Counted from the stretch's first letter, positions 18,463-30,100 are shown. The stretch is 64,000 bases of DNA from an uncultured bacterium (GCA_964428355.1 CAYRYU010000004.1:67261-131260), one strand, 5' to 3'. Made by a program: numbers and translations. The notes: generated by a model from the sequence alone, not told the origin.

Positions 18463-20177
18463 CCGTTCTTCTTCTCCCGCTCTCCTAAAATTCTGATGGT
18501 TCCATCCGACCCGTCAATTTCTACCATGGAACCGTTTCGAAGGGAATCCCAGATCCCTTTTGCGCCGAAAACCGCGGGAAGGCCATATTCCCGGGCCGCG
18601 ATGGCCCCATGCGAAAGGGTTGCGCCCGTTTCCGCGATCAAGCCGCTTATGAGCGGGAAAGCGACCGTGAAAAACGGATCGGGGGAACGCACCAGAAGAA
18701 TGCCTCCGCGAACCAGGTTTTCGAGGTCGGAAGGGGTGGCCGCCTTGTGTATCCGGCCCGTGACCCGTCCCCTTGAAACACCAAGGCCGATGGGGCCGGT
18801 TTCCGGAATCCGCACGCCACGCTGGGATCCAGTTTCGGATGGCTCGGGCGGTGGGCCGCGTTTCACGGCTTCCATCCAGGAATCCCCCCTTTTCGCTGCG
18901 AGTTCCCTCAAATCGGGAGGGTGGGGACTCTTCAAGGCGGAACGGACCTCGGAATCGGTCAACCAGAAGATGTCCTCCGGAAATCCGATGCAGCCTCTTT
19001 CCTTCAGCACCGCTCCAAGCTTCAGAACCAGCTTTCGGGTCGGGGGCAAAACCTTCCCCATGAAAAAATGATGGTCCTCGTCGATCTGCATGAACTCACG
19101 GAGGGTTTCGACCAGGAAATCCGCGAACTCATCCGCCCCGGCGGACCTCGCCGATTCCATGAGGCAAGCCTTCCCACGTTTCCGGTCTTCCCGCCAGCAG
19201 TCTCCATCCGATTCCCGGGTTCCAGGGGGGGGATTCCCTGAGGCGGCTTCACCGGCTCCGCGAAGAAAGCGGCAAAAACCATCCGCGTCTTCGCCCCAGG
19301 TCGGCTGGCGGATGTCCCAACCGGGGGAGATGTGGCCGTACGTTTCCAGGAAAGCGAGGACCGCCCCCCGGTCTTCCGCAGAAAGGCCTTCGATACCTTT
19401 TTCCGGGGAAAAGCCGGGGGAAAGCACCGACCTCAAACCCGCCAGGTCGCGGTTCATCTCGAGAGTCACGTTCCGCGGCAAACCCGATCCGAGGATCGAT
19501 GGAAGCTCTTCCGGACAGGGCGTCTCCAGGAGTTGCCCGAGTTGGGAAAGCATCATGGAGGCGATTTCCTTGATGGCGAAAATGACGAGATCCGGTCGAA
19601 TGTACAATATCGTCTCCCGGCGAAGCCGGTCCCCTATCGCAAGAAGGCATTCGGGGTCGGTTTCGGCGTCGATTTCGCGGTCCAACCCCCCGACAGCGGC
19701 AAGGAATCCGTCCCTGACCCGTGGCCAGGAGGAGCGGGTTTCCTCCGCAATCCTTCCCAGATACCGCCGGATGGCTCCCGATGAGGCGATGAATGGAAGC
19801 GTCCGCGGGGAATTCCCGAGCCGCGTTTTCGACCGGTCAGGGTGACGGATCCAATCTGCGAGGGATTTGAGTTCCCGCATCGGCGAAGGGGAAGAGACAA
19901 GGAAGCGGACCAAGGCCCACGCAAGGCCGAGAATCTCCCGTGGTTCAAGCTTGATACGGAAGGATTTCCGGAAGTCGAAAGCCTCGGCGTTGGCCACTAC
20001 CCACCCATCGATCGTTTTCGCCAGTTCCTCTTGCGGATCGATCGGAATCCCCATGAAATCGGCGAACGACCTGACACCCTGGTCGAAAACCGACTTGAGG
20101 TTGTCCCATCCGAGAGGGCTGAGCGGGAGCGGGTACCTTTCGGCCGTGAGTTTCCGCGTCCAGACGATCCCGGTCAC
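18459..20177 (-). CDS. PEP-utilising enzyme mobile (phosphohistidine swivel) domain protein with a PEP-synthase/rifampicin-phosphotransferase-like central region
   Basis: 572 aa. The C-terminus (GGILLVRSPDPFFTVAFPLISGLIAETGATLSHGAIAAREYGLPAV) matches the PEP-utilisers swivel domain, including the phospho-His region. It overlaps the neighbouring genes by 4 bp on each side. Confidence 0.75.
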   Translation of the reverse strand: MTGIVWTRKLTAERYPLPLSPLGWDNLKSVFDQGVRSFADFMGIPIDPQEELAKTIDGWVVANAEAFDFRKSFRIKLEPREILGLAWALVRFLVSSPSPMRELKSLADWIRHPDRSKTRLGNSPRTLPFIASSGAIRRYLGRIAEETRSSWPRVRDGFLAAVGGLDREIDAETDPECLLAIGDRLRRETILYIRPDLVIFAIKEIASMMLSQLGQLLETPCPEELPSILGSGLPRNVTLEMNRDLAGLRSVLSPGFSPEKGIEGLSAEDRGAVLAFLETYGHISPGWDIRQPTWGEDADGFCRFLRGAGEAASGNPPPGTRESDGDCWREDRKRGKACLMESARSAGADEFADFLVETLREFMQIDEDHHFFMGKVLPPTRKLVLKLGAVLKERGCIGFPEDIFWLTDSEVRSALKSPHPPDLRELAAKRGDSWMEAVKRGPPPEPSETGSQRGVRIPETGPIGLGVSRGRVTGRIHKAATPSDLENLVRGGILLVRSPDPFFTVAFPLISGLIAETGATLSHGAIAAREYGLPAVFGAKGIWDSLRNGSMVEIDGSDGTIRILGEREKKNG

Positions 20178-21556
20178 TCGATCTCTTCCAGGATCGCGAA
20201 GATCTCGGCTTCGGTCTTGCCCAGGCGGGTCTTGAACTCGTCGATCCGTCCGGGGACCTCGACGAAAAGGCTGCGAAGCGATCCGAGCAGCTCGAACAGG
20301 GACTTTCCCATCAGCAGGAAAAAGATCGCAAGGCCGAAATCGCGCCCGACCTCCCGACCTGTCCGACGGAGGTTCACCCAGAAAAGCCTTCCGAGAGAAA
20401 TCTCACCCTTCCGACATGCGTTGGTCCGGAAAAGGATGTCCCAGGGCGGGAGGAGGAGGCGGGTCCAGAATTCCCTGAACCAACCCAGTTTCCTGAAGAA
20501 CCGGGTTTCGAAGGTGAATGCGAGGTATGCTTTTTCGATGCGCGAGGAGTAGGTGCTCCGGCAGACCAGAAGGATGTCCTTGCGGGCGGCAAGCGCTCGG
20601 GTATCGGAGACGACGAACTTGTCGGCCCTGGCGCGGGCGGATTCGAGGACACGCTCAGGAATGATCGGCCCGTAAAGGGTCTCGACCAGGAGGAGGGGCC
20701 TGAAAACCTCGGTGTGGCTTCCCGCCCTTTCCATGAATTCGAGGAATCTCCCCCAGTTGAACGCAGGAAAGGCGCGAAGGAGGTTGAAAAAGTCGCCCAG
20801 CTCCTTCGGGCCGACCTTGTAGTAATGGAAATGGACGCAGAGGTGATGGAGGTTGTCCTCCGGGGTCATGGCGAAAACCGTATCTCCCCGGTCGGGAAGA
20901 TGGGTCTTTTCCGCCCAGATCCTGTCGAGGTCGAGATCGAGTCCGCGTTTTGGGCTGACAAGGTTCCAGTGGGCGCTTACCATGAACGTGAGATCGGTGG
21001 AGACGTAGGTGGGAAGATGGTGGGTCTTTTCGCGCCGGGGTTCCCTCTCGTCGCCTCCTTCGAGCAGCGCGAGCGGAACGAGGTCCAGCTTTTCGAAGGT
21101 GTCCCGGACCCTGGCGATATCCTCGAACCGGAATAGCAGGTCGAGGTCGTTCATCCGCTTGTAACCTGGATCATGGTAGATTGTTTCCGCGAAAAGGCCG
21201 CCTTTTAGGACGATGACTGGGATCCCGTGCTTCCCAAGCTCGGAAAAGAGCTGTCGCGTTCGCTCTCCACGTCGGAGGTTCAGTTCACGGATCTTCTGAT
21301 GGCGGAGGGAAAGATACCCGGCAACCTCTTGGGGCAACGAATCCAGGAGCCCCTCGCGGGAGAGGCTCAGGTGAACCAACGGACCCACATCATTGTGTGC
21401 GACCTTCCGGCAAAAGGGGGCCCAGTCGCGTATCCTTCCGATCAGCTCACGGACCTGGCCTTTCTCCGTTTCTGACCTCCATGCCCTCGTAAGGAGGAGG
21501 ATCAACCGGTCGGTCCGGGAGAACTCCCTTGTCGGGAAGATTTTCGAGGTTTCCAT
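20174..21556 (-). CDS. Uncharacterised nucleotidyltransferase family protein (NTP_transf_5-like); first gene of the operon
   Basis: 460 aa. The pattern IPVIVLKGGLFAETIYHDPGYKRMNDLDLLF...HLCVHFHYY resembles the PF14907-type nucleotidyltransferase fold seen in RiPP and lipid clusters. Assignment is from memory of the family pattern and is tentative. Confidence 0.55.
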   Translation of the reverse strand: METSKIFPTREFSRTDRLILLLTRAWRSETEKGQVRELIGRIRDWAPFCRKVAHNDVGPLVHLSLSREGLLDSLPQEVAGYLSLRHQKIRELNLRRGERTRQLFSELGKHGIPVIVLKGGLFAETIYHDPGYKRMNDLDLLFRFEDIARVRDTFEKLDLVPLALLEGGDEREPRREKTHHLPTYVSTDLTFMVSAHWNLVSPKRGLDLDLDRIWAEKTHLPDRGDTVFAMTPEDNLHHLCVHFHYYKVGPKELGDFFNLLRAFPAFNWGRFLEFMERAGSHTEVFRPLLLVETLYGPIIPERVLESARARADKFVVSDTRALAARKDILLVCRSTYSSRIEKAYLAFTFETRFFRKLGWFREFWTRLLLPPWDILFRTNACRKGEISLGRLFWVNLRRTGREVGRDFGLAIFFLLMGKSLFELLGSLRSLFVEVPGRIDEFKTRLGKTEAEIFAILEEIE

Positions 21557-21697
21557 GGAACCAATCTACCGGTGAATCTCCCGCCACGCAAGCGAAATGG
21601 GTTCTGGGTGGGGAAATCGAGTTGTTGAATGGAGTGTCTCTGTATTATATTGGTTGGCAATCTTTCGGAAGCGGGAACCAAAGCCGGTATCTCCATC

Positions 21698-24157
21698 ATG
21701 AGCCTGACTCCCACACGAGTTTTCAAGACCAGCGAGGCGGCACAACCGACCTCGAAAATGCCGCGATTGTCGGATTTCTCCGCTGGAACGGTCTCCGCCC
21801 TCGTCATGATCAGCTTCGCTGTCAGTTATGGGGCGATGGCCTTCAGCGATCCGCTTCTCCAGCCCTATGTCACAATCGGGGTCCGTGGGGCCCTGGTTAC
21901 GACCTGGGTCCTTCTCGCCATCAACGCGTTCTGGAGCTCATTCCCCTTTTCCCTTGCCGGCCCCGACTCCAATTCCACGATCTTGTTGGCGTTGGCGGGA
22001 GCGAGCATCGCCCACGAGGTGGTTGCCAGGCAGGGCGGTCCCGGAATGGTTCTCGGGTCGGTCCTGATGTTCTTCCTGATCGCAACGGTTTTTGTCGGAA
22101 TCGCCACCTGGACGATCGGGGCGCTCAAACGGGGGGGAATAATCGCATTCCTGCCCTGTCCCGTCACGGGAGGATTCCTCGCGGGAACCGGAATCCTGGT
22201 TGCCATGGGAGCCCTCAAGGTTCTTCTCGGAAAGAACGTGACGCTGGCGAACCTCGCGGCGTTCCGGGATCCCACTTCGATAGGCATCTTCGTCCTTCTC
22301 GTCGCCGGTTTGCAGATCATTCCACGTTTGTACAAGAGCATTTTCACGTTTCCCGTTTTGATCCTCCTCGGGACCGGGCTCTTTTACGGCTCCCTCCATT
22401 TCCAGGCCCTCGACATCGATGCCGCAAGGAAACTCGGCATGCTTATCTCCTCCCCCACGGGCTCGATCGGGCCGATTCCCACCCTCGAGGTCGACTGGAT
22501 GGCCCTCGCAGAGCACTGGACCGCGGTGCTTCCATTGATGGTGATTGTAGTCCTGACCACGCTTTTCAACACCGCCGGTCTGGACGTCGTCTCACCCGAG
22601 GACGGAAATTTCGACCACGAGCTAAAGGGGATAGGCGTCGCCCTGATAGTGAGCGGGGCTTTGGGCGGGTTCCTGGGGCATACCTCGGCAAGCCGCAGCC
22701 TCATGCACCGGCTGGCGGGGGCGCGCACTCCGGCTGGAGGCCTCTGGGCGGCATCGATATGCTGCTTCGTGACGTATTTCTACCCCGACATACTCGCCTT
22801 CCTCCCGCGGACGGTTCTTGCGGCCCTTCTTTTCTCGATGGGTCTCGGGATGATAATGGATTGGGGAGTCCAGTCATACTTCCGCCTTCCCTTCCTCGAA
22901 TACCTGTTGACGGCGATGGTCGCCCTGATCATCGCGTCCGTCGGGCCGATCGCGGGAGTCATCACAGGCCTTTTGTTCACCTCCATCCTGTTCGTGTTCA
23001 ACTACAGCCGGATAGACTGCATCCGGCACATGTTCTGCGTTGGGGAGAGGTTTTCCATCAAAGACCGTCCCATCCAGCAGATGGAGATCCTCCGGAAGCA
23101 TGGGGAAAGTTGCCGGATTCTCGAACTGCAGGGGTTCGTCTTTTTCGGAACCTCCAACAACATCGTGAACCTCTTGCGCGAGTTGGTGAAAAAGTCATCC
23201 CCCAAGCTTTTCATCATGGATTTCCGAATGGTTCAGGGAGTGGACGCCTCGGCGGTCTACGGCTTTGCAAAGCTTGCCCAGATTTTCGCACGCGAAAAAG
23301 TCGCGCTGGTCTTCTCGGGGATGAGAACCGAGATGGAAGCCCTTTTCCGCCGCGGAGGATTGAACGAAAAGCTGGGGGTCCGGTTCGAGGTGGACCTGGA
23401 GACCGCTCTGGAACAGGCTGAAGATGGTTTCCTTGCGGAGTTCCGGGAAAAATCCAGGAAGGAACAGATCGAAGGTGGGGCTCTCCCCCCCGACCCAGCC
23501 GCGATTGCGATCCCGAGGATTTCCACTGAAGCTGTTCCAGCAGCCGATGCAGCCTCCATGGAGGCCGAAGCGACGATCAAAGGCAATGGTGCGCTTCCTC
23601 CCGATTCCCAGAAACGGAAAGGGCCTCTCCAACCGGTTTTCGGATACTCGGGTTTCCACATGTTCCAGGGGTTCGATTTCGAAGCCAGCCGAAAGGCGTT
23701 TTCCGAGGGGTCCTGGGCACAAATGGATGCGAAGGACATCCTGGCCCCCTTCATGCTCGATCCGAAGATGCTCGAGATCCTCCTGGGCTACTGCGAAGTC
23801 CTCGAGATCGACCAGGGGGCGATGCTTTTCAAGAGGGGTGACCCCACCACGGGAATGTACTTCCTCGAACGCGGGACACTCTCGATCTTCCTGACACTCC
23901 CGGGTGGAGAAAGAAAGAGGCTTAGAACCCTTGGCCCGGGGTCCGTCGTCGGGGAGATGTCCCTCTATTCGCGCCAACCGCGCTCCGCGGATGCCGAGGC
24001 GCGCACCCAGTGCCGCTTGCGCTGGCTGAGCATCGGATGTTTCGATAGGCTTACCCGGGAACATCCCGAAGTCTGCAACGAGTTCCACCGGTTCATCGTC
24101 AAGCTTCTATCGTTCAGGCTCGCCGGGGCTAATGCCCAGATCCTGGCTCTTTCCTGA
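21698..24157 (+). CDS. SulP/SLC26-family anion transporter fused to a STAS domain and a C-terminal cyclic-nucleotide-binding (CAP) domain
   Basis: The permease core is recognisable (LAGASIAHEV...; many TM segments). The STAS domain reads FIMDFRMVQGVDASAVYGF...LVFSG, and the cNMP domain reads FKRGDPTTGMYFLERGTLSIF...GPGSVVGEMSLY. The start is set at ATG 21698, downstream of an AT-rich promoter-like stretch at 21624-21652; the longest ORF would start at 21629. Confidence 0.85.
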   Translation: MSLTPTRVFKTSEAAQPTSKMPRLSDFSAGTVSALVMISFAVSYGAMAFSDPLLQPYVTIGVRGALVTTWVLLAINAFWSSFPFSLAGPDSNSTILLALAGASIAHEVVARQGGPGMVLGSVLMFFLIATVFVGIATWTIGALKRGGIIAFLPCPVTGGFLAGTGILVAMGALKVLLGKNVTLANLAAFRDPTSIGIFVLLVAGLQIIPRLYKSIFTFPVLILLGTGLFYGSLHFQALDIDAARKLGMLISSPTGSIGPIPTLEVDWMALAEHWTAVLPLMVIVVLTTLFNTAGLDVVSPEDGNFDHELKGIGVALIVSGALGGFLGHTSASRSLMHRLAGARTPAGGLWAASICCFVTYFYPDILAFLPRTVLAALLFSMGLGMIMDWGVQSYFRLPFLEYLLTAMVALIIASVGPIAGVITGLLFTSILFVFNYSRIDCIRHMFCVGERFSIKDRPIQQMEILRKHGESCRILELQGFVFFGTSNNIVNLLRELVKKSSPKLFIMDFRMVQGVDASAVYGFAKLAQIFAREKVALVFSGMRTEMEALFRRGGLNEKLGVRFEVDLETALEQAEDGFLAEFREKSRKEQIEGGALPPDPAAIAIPRISTEAVPAADAASMEAEATIKGNGALPPDSQKRKGPLQPVFGYSGFHMFQGFDFEASRKAFSEGSWAQMDAKDILAPFMLDPKMLEILLGYCEVLEIDQGAMLFKRGDPTTGMYFLERGTLSIFLTLPGGERKRLRTLGPGSVVGEMSLYSRQPRSADAEARTQCRLRWLSIGCFDRLTREHPEVCNEFHRFIVKLLSFRLAGANAQILALS

Positions 24158-24191
24158 CGGTCAGGATGCCCGGTCCCGGGAAGGTGCCGGC

Positions 24192-27100
24192 TCAGATCCT
24201 GCCCGGGACGGCAACCGCGATGCTCACGACGAAATCCGCATCCTTGAATGAAAGCACCCTGAACCCCCCGGGGACCCCTTCGAGCATGGCTTCGTAGGGT
24301 TCGTTGTAACCGAAGGACAAGATCCGGATCCGCGTGAAATCCTTCACGCCGAAGCCTGTCCGGAGGGTTTTCGAAACGGCTTCCTTGGCGGTCCAGAGGG
24401 TGACGAGCTCGTCCTTTGGAAGGAGAGCGGATTCCCGCTCGTTCAGGAAACTCTGCGAGGGAACCCCCGAAAGGGGGCGGAACGGCTCGATATCGATCCC
24501 GATCGGAACGGTCGAACAGGTGGCGACCCCGATCTCCCCGGAATGTGAGATCGTCGGGTGGAGCGATTTCAAAACCTCCGAGGCCCCTGGAGGAACTTCC
24601 GCCCCGGGAACGAAGTGGGGGGGCTGGCTTCCCGACAGGACGCTGAAGTGGGGGAAGGAGATCTCGATCCCGGTCCGGTCTCGAAGGATTTCCCTCGCCA
24701 GGATCTTCAACGCGATCCTTCCGGAAACCCATTCCCGACTGCGTTTGGGGGTCCTCAGAGCGGCGAGGACCTCCTGCTCGGTCGCGGAAAGAAGGCTCGA
24801 GACAAGAGAAGGGGAGGCAAGCAACCTGTCCGCGTCGCCCAGCGAGACGCCCATGAATGGGTAATCCCCGACCTGGAATGGGACTCCCACCGAGACGAAG
24901 GTGTTCTTCAGACCGGGCTCTTCCTTCCCGGTCACCATGACGAGATTCCGGATGTGTACAAGGGGATTCTTCCGGTCGTCGGAAACCGTCACGTTGAACC
25001 CAACGCGCAACATCGGAAGCCCCGGCGCGGAATCCCTTTCCACCCCCAGAAGTTCCACCGACACCGTGGCGGGGGGATTCGCCCGGAGCGCGTCGAGATC
25101 GACAAGCATCTCCCCGATGGCCGATGGGAGGAAGAACCTTCTCGAGAAGACCCGAAGGAGGCACAAGATTCCCGCGCCATGCAACCCCGCCTCGATCGCG
25201 AAAAGAAGGGCGGAATGGTCTGCGAGAGGGTTATTTTCGAGTATCGCCGGTGACCGGGAAACGGTAGCCCGTAGGGCTCGGCGGTTGAACTCCTCGACCC
25301 TGTCGATGACCTGGAACGTCCTGCCGTGAAAGAGGATTCTGTACAACTCGTCCCGCGCCGGTGGATTGCGGGTCGGACAGAAGCCCGATGTCTCATCCGC
25401 GAGAAGAAGCCCGACCTTCCTGACCTGGTCCGTCATTCGCACGCGGTCAGAGGGCCCGGCTCCGGTGGGATCGAAACGGCCGGTGAAATGGGGAGTTTTT
25501 CGGCCCTGCGACCCCGTCTTGGGATTTCCGGTCATCCGGAAGAGGTCGCCCTCCCTTTCTGTCTGGAGGGTCAGCCGCTGGAAGGACGAGAACCGGAACG
25601 GCGCATGGAACGAAAGATCCCGGACCGTCGCTATCCCCGAGAACCTCGAGAGGACCCCGGCCTGGTCCAGCATACGGTGGATGTACATGACCGCAGGGAA
25701 GATGCATTTTCCGTCGATGGCATGGTCGCCCAGGAACCGGTAATCCGATGGCGCGAGACGGATCACCGAAAGGCTCTCGACCTCCTTGTCAACCTGCGCA
25801 TCCTCCGCTTCCGACCGGGTTTGAGGTTGCCCTGGGTCTCCAATACCCTTTTCTTGCGGGGACGCTTCCTCATAACGACGGGAGCGGGTCATCGCCTCGC
25901 CCAGGAACCCGTGGTATGAAACGGTGCGGAACCTCGCCTGATCCGTGACGAGGGAGCGGTGGAGTTCCCCCAGGAAAAGTTCCTCTCCCGCGGCGGGGTC
26001 GATGAACTCGACTCCCTGTGCCTTCAGCAGATGCTCGACGGAGGGTCTCGCGGCAAGCCCGATTCCTGCCCAGGCGGTCCAGGAGATCGTGAGGAAGCGC
26101 GCCTGGCCTGAACCCGAGAATCTGTTGAGGAAACCGTTGGCCGCCGCGTAGTCCGCCTGTCCATGGTTGCCGAACAGGGATGCCACCGATGAAAAACTGA
26201 CGACCGATCCAATTCGGTCCTCCCCAAGGGCGTCGAGGAGGTTTACCAGCCCGGCCACCTTAACCCGGTAAACCCGGTCGATCTCTTCCGGAGTCTTGTT
26301 GGCCAGATTCCGGCTGATCTCGATCCCGGCCCCGTGGATCAGGATGTCGATCCGGGGGAACCTCCGGGCGATGGTTTCGGCGGTCCGATCCACCGCGGGC
26401 CCATCCGAAAGATCGCATGGGTAGTAGACCGCGGTTGCCCCCTGGCTTCTCAGTGCCTGGAGAACCTCGTTCTGTTCAGATGACCGGCCCAGGATGAGGA
26501 TCACGGGTTGAAACTCCCGTGCCAGCCTGGTCACGATCCGTGCCGTGATACCCTTCGCTCCTCCGGTGGCAAGGATGACCGTCTTCTGACCGATCACCTT
26601 TCGGAGACCTTCGAGGACTTCCCGGATCGGGGTTGCCTCGGGATCGGGAACTACCCTGAAAGCTTTTGGCGAACCCGAAGGGGGGAGTCCGATAATGGGC
26701 TCGAGGCGTGGAGCGAAAAGGAGAGGGGCGACCTGTTCGGCAGTTTCCGGGGAAAAATCCGGGAGGTCGAAACCCATTGAGACGAGATTCGGGAAATCCT
26801 TTTCGAGGGTCTGGCAAAAAGCCGGTATCACTCCTGCGAGGAACCCGGGTTTTCCCACGGAATCTGCCGGCTCCCCGAGGACACCGCCCGCGTCGGCCAG
26901 GACGATGAAACGTCTGATTCCCCGCCCGAGAAGGCGGGCGGCCAGGAACATCGAAAGGACATGGTGCCGGTAGAAGCGCTTCCGGGTCTTGCGGGAAAAG
27001 CTTTCGCTGGGCAAAGTATGGATGTAGGTTCCCGTATCCCGAAGCGATTCGGGGAAATCCCCAGATTCGAGGAGTTCCTGGTCATGGTCGGTGGGGCTCC

Positions 27101-30100
27101 AAATGCTGCATGCGATGCCGTGGGGAGCGAGAAGTTCCACCATCCTGGAATCGAAATCCGGGTTGCCCGTGGACTTCATCCGGACAAGCCCGATTCCTGC
27201 GGGGGAAGGAAACTCCTCGAGAAGCGGAACCGAAGAGTCTTCGATCCTCAGCACGTGCCGATGGATGCCAAGGGTGGGGTGGGGGACCGGACTTTCAAGG
27301 GAGGAAGGGGCGATACTTCCCGCCCCGCCGGCTTCGAGGGCATCCCGGAAAAGGCCGGTCAGGGAACGGAAGGTGCGCAAACGGGAAAGGTCGAGCTTGA
27401 GATTCCGGGCCAGGCCGAAATTTTCCCTCAACCGGTTCGCGATCTCGAAGATCTTCAGGGTGTCGATTCCAAGGTCTCCTTCGAGGTCGGTATCGGGCTG
27501 GATCATATCCGAGGGATATCCGGAAACCTCCTCGATAAGTGCCATCACCGCTCCTTCCAGGTCGGACGGCGGACGGGGGGGGGCGGCGGGTTGCGCAGGG
27601 GCAGGTGGCTGGCCGGAAGCCTGCGCGGGGGTGGGAATCCCTGAGGGTTGCAGAAGCCTCTGCAGAAGCTTTTCCATGAGCTTCCCGGGCTGCTGGCGCG
27701 GATTGTCGATGTGGAAGCATTCGTGAGGTCGGGGCGCGAGGATGCTTTCGATCAGGCGGCTGAGAACGTTCTTCGGGCCCACCTCGACGAAAACACGGAC
27801 TCCGGCCTGGTATGCCCGCTCGACCTGGTCGATGAAATCGACCGGGGAAACCGCCTGCCGCATCAGGAGGCGGATCGTTTCCTCACGTTTCGACTCACCG
27901 GAGGGTTTTCCAGACTCGGCTTCAGGATACCAGGCTCCATGGACATTCCCCGGAACCCGGCTGGAAGGTGGCTTGATAGCGAGTCCCCTGATCATCTGCT
28001 CGAAGGGGGGAATAGCCTTCTCGACAAGCTTCGAATGAAAGCCGGCGGAGACCCGAAGCCTCTTTGCGAGGATCCCCAGGGCGGTGAAATGCTTGATCGC
28101 GGCTTCGACGGTTGGGGTGTCGCCGCTGATGACGGTCTGGGAAGGGGAGTTGAGGTTCGAACAGATTAGGTAACCCGGGAAGTCATCGAGCACCTTCCCC
28201 ACCTCACTTGCTCCAAGCCCGATGACGGCCATCGCTCCCAGGTCGGTTCCCCCTAGTGCGTTCATGTACTTGCCCCTTATGCAGACGGCCTCGAGGGCGT
28301 CTTCGAGGGAGAAAGCGCCTGCTGCGTACAAAGCCGAATACTCGCCAAGGCTGTGGCCGAAATACATGTCGAACTGGAGGCCTTTTTCGCGCAGCAGTTC
28401 CAGAAGGGCGGCGGATGTGGCGAAAATCGCGGGTTGGGCGAAGAGCGTCGTCTGGAGCGTAGCTTCGGCCTGTTCGAGCCTTTCGGGAGGGAGACTCCTG
28501 GTTTCCTGGAAGATGGCTTCCAGAAGCGAATCCCCGTTGACTTTCCGGAAAACCCTTTCTGCCTCGCCCAGAATCCGGGAAACTGACGGTTCACCCCGGA
28601 AGGCCGAGATCATGTTGACATACTGCGACCCCTGCCCCGGGAAAACCCCCGCCACGAGTGGCCGGATCGAAGAGTGACCCGCAGAAACCGTCGGACGGGT
28701 TTCCTTGATATCCGGTCCGTCGGGAATTTCGGAGAACCTGATCTCGAGCCTGGCCTTGTTTTTCGGAGCTTCGGAAAGGACGACGTGGTGGTTGGTGCCT
28801 CCGAACCCGAAGGATGAAACTCCCGCCAGGAACGACTCTCCCTCGAAACCGGCCGGTGCGCGTGGAATGAACAACGGGATCTTGTCGGCATCCACCGTGG
28901 GCGGAAAACCTTCGAAATTGACCTGGGGAGGGATGATCCGCTGGTGGACAGCAAGGACCGCCTTGAGCATCCCCGCGATTCCTGCTGCGGCCTTTGCATG
29001 GCCGATCATGGCTTTGACGCTTCCCACCGGGATCCGGGGTTGTCCGCCCTTCCGTGCCCCAATGACTCCGCTCAGCGAGGAGAGCTCGATCTCGTCTCCC
29101 ACGCGCGTCCCAGTCCCATGCGCTTCGAAATAGGCCGCCTGGGCCGGGGAAAGACCGGCATCCCGCCAGGCTCGTTCCAATGCTCGCTTCTGGCCTTCAG
29201 GATTCGGGGCGGTTATCCCCTTGCCCCTTCCGTCGCTGCTGGCGCCTATTCCCCTGATGACTGCGTAGATCTGGTCACCGTCGCTTAGAGCGTCCTCGAG
29301 CCGCTTCAACATCACCAGGCCCCCGCCCTCCCCCATGACGAAACCGCTGGCCCTCGAGTCGAAAGGAAAGGAGCCTTCTGCCGAAAGGGCGGTCACCTTG
29401 GCAAACTTGACGAAGGAGCCCGGGTCCATCTGGACATCGATTCCGCCTGCAAGGGCAACGGAGATGCTTCCCAGGCGAAGTGCCTGGACCGCCACAGCGA
29501 CCGCGGCCAACCCCGAGCCGCAAGCGGCATCGATGGTGAAGTTGGGGCCGTGGAGGTCGAAGGTCGAGCAGACCCGTCCGGCGATGATGGTCGACAGCTC
29601 GCCCGGAAGGCTGTCCTCGGTGATGGGACGCGTGGGATTGAGATTCCGGAATGCCTTGACCAGGTCGCTCCGGGTCTTCTCAGGGACCCCGGCTTCCAGC
29701 CTCAGGAGCTTTTCCAGGAACTCATGGAAATGGATCGCCCGAAGGTTTTCAACGCTGGCATTCCCGCCCATGCTGTTGCCGATGATCACGCCGCAGTTCT
29801 CCCGGTCGAAAGGCTTCTCCAGATACCCCGCGTCGAGAAGCGCCTGGCGGGCGCAGATTAGGGCAAGTTTCTGTCCCGTGTCGAGATGAGCCGCCACGCG
29901 CGGAGGTATCCGGAACATCACGGGATCGAACGGGACCTCCTCGATGACTGCCCCGATCCGGCTGTAGGTGGAATAAGGTTTCAGCCTGTCTTCGCTGAAA
30001 AAAATCGCAGGGTCCAGCATCGATTCCGGGAGGGCCTTGATGAAACAACGCCTTTCTAACACGTTCCGAAAAAAGGAAGCGGGGTCGGGGGACCCGGGGA

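Noticed and set aside
21529-23421. 630-aa plus-strand ORF overlapping the SulP gene out of frame
   Set aside because: The SulP frame (21698-24157) has TM segments plus STAS and cNMP motifs. The alternative frame is Arg/Gly/Pro-rich.
23965-25164. 399-aa minus-strand ORF (and 23195-24088)
   Set aside because: It overlaps the 3' ends of both the SulP and PKS genes in other frames. It has no domain and GC-artefact composition.
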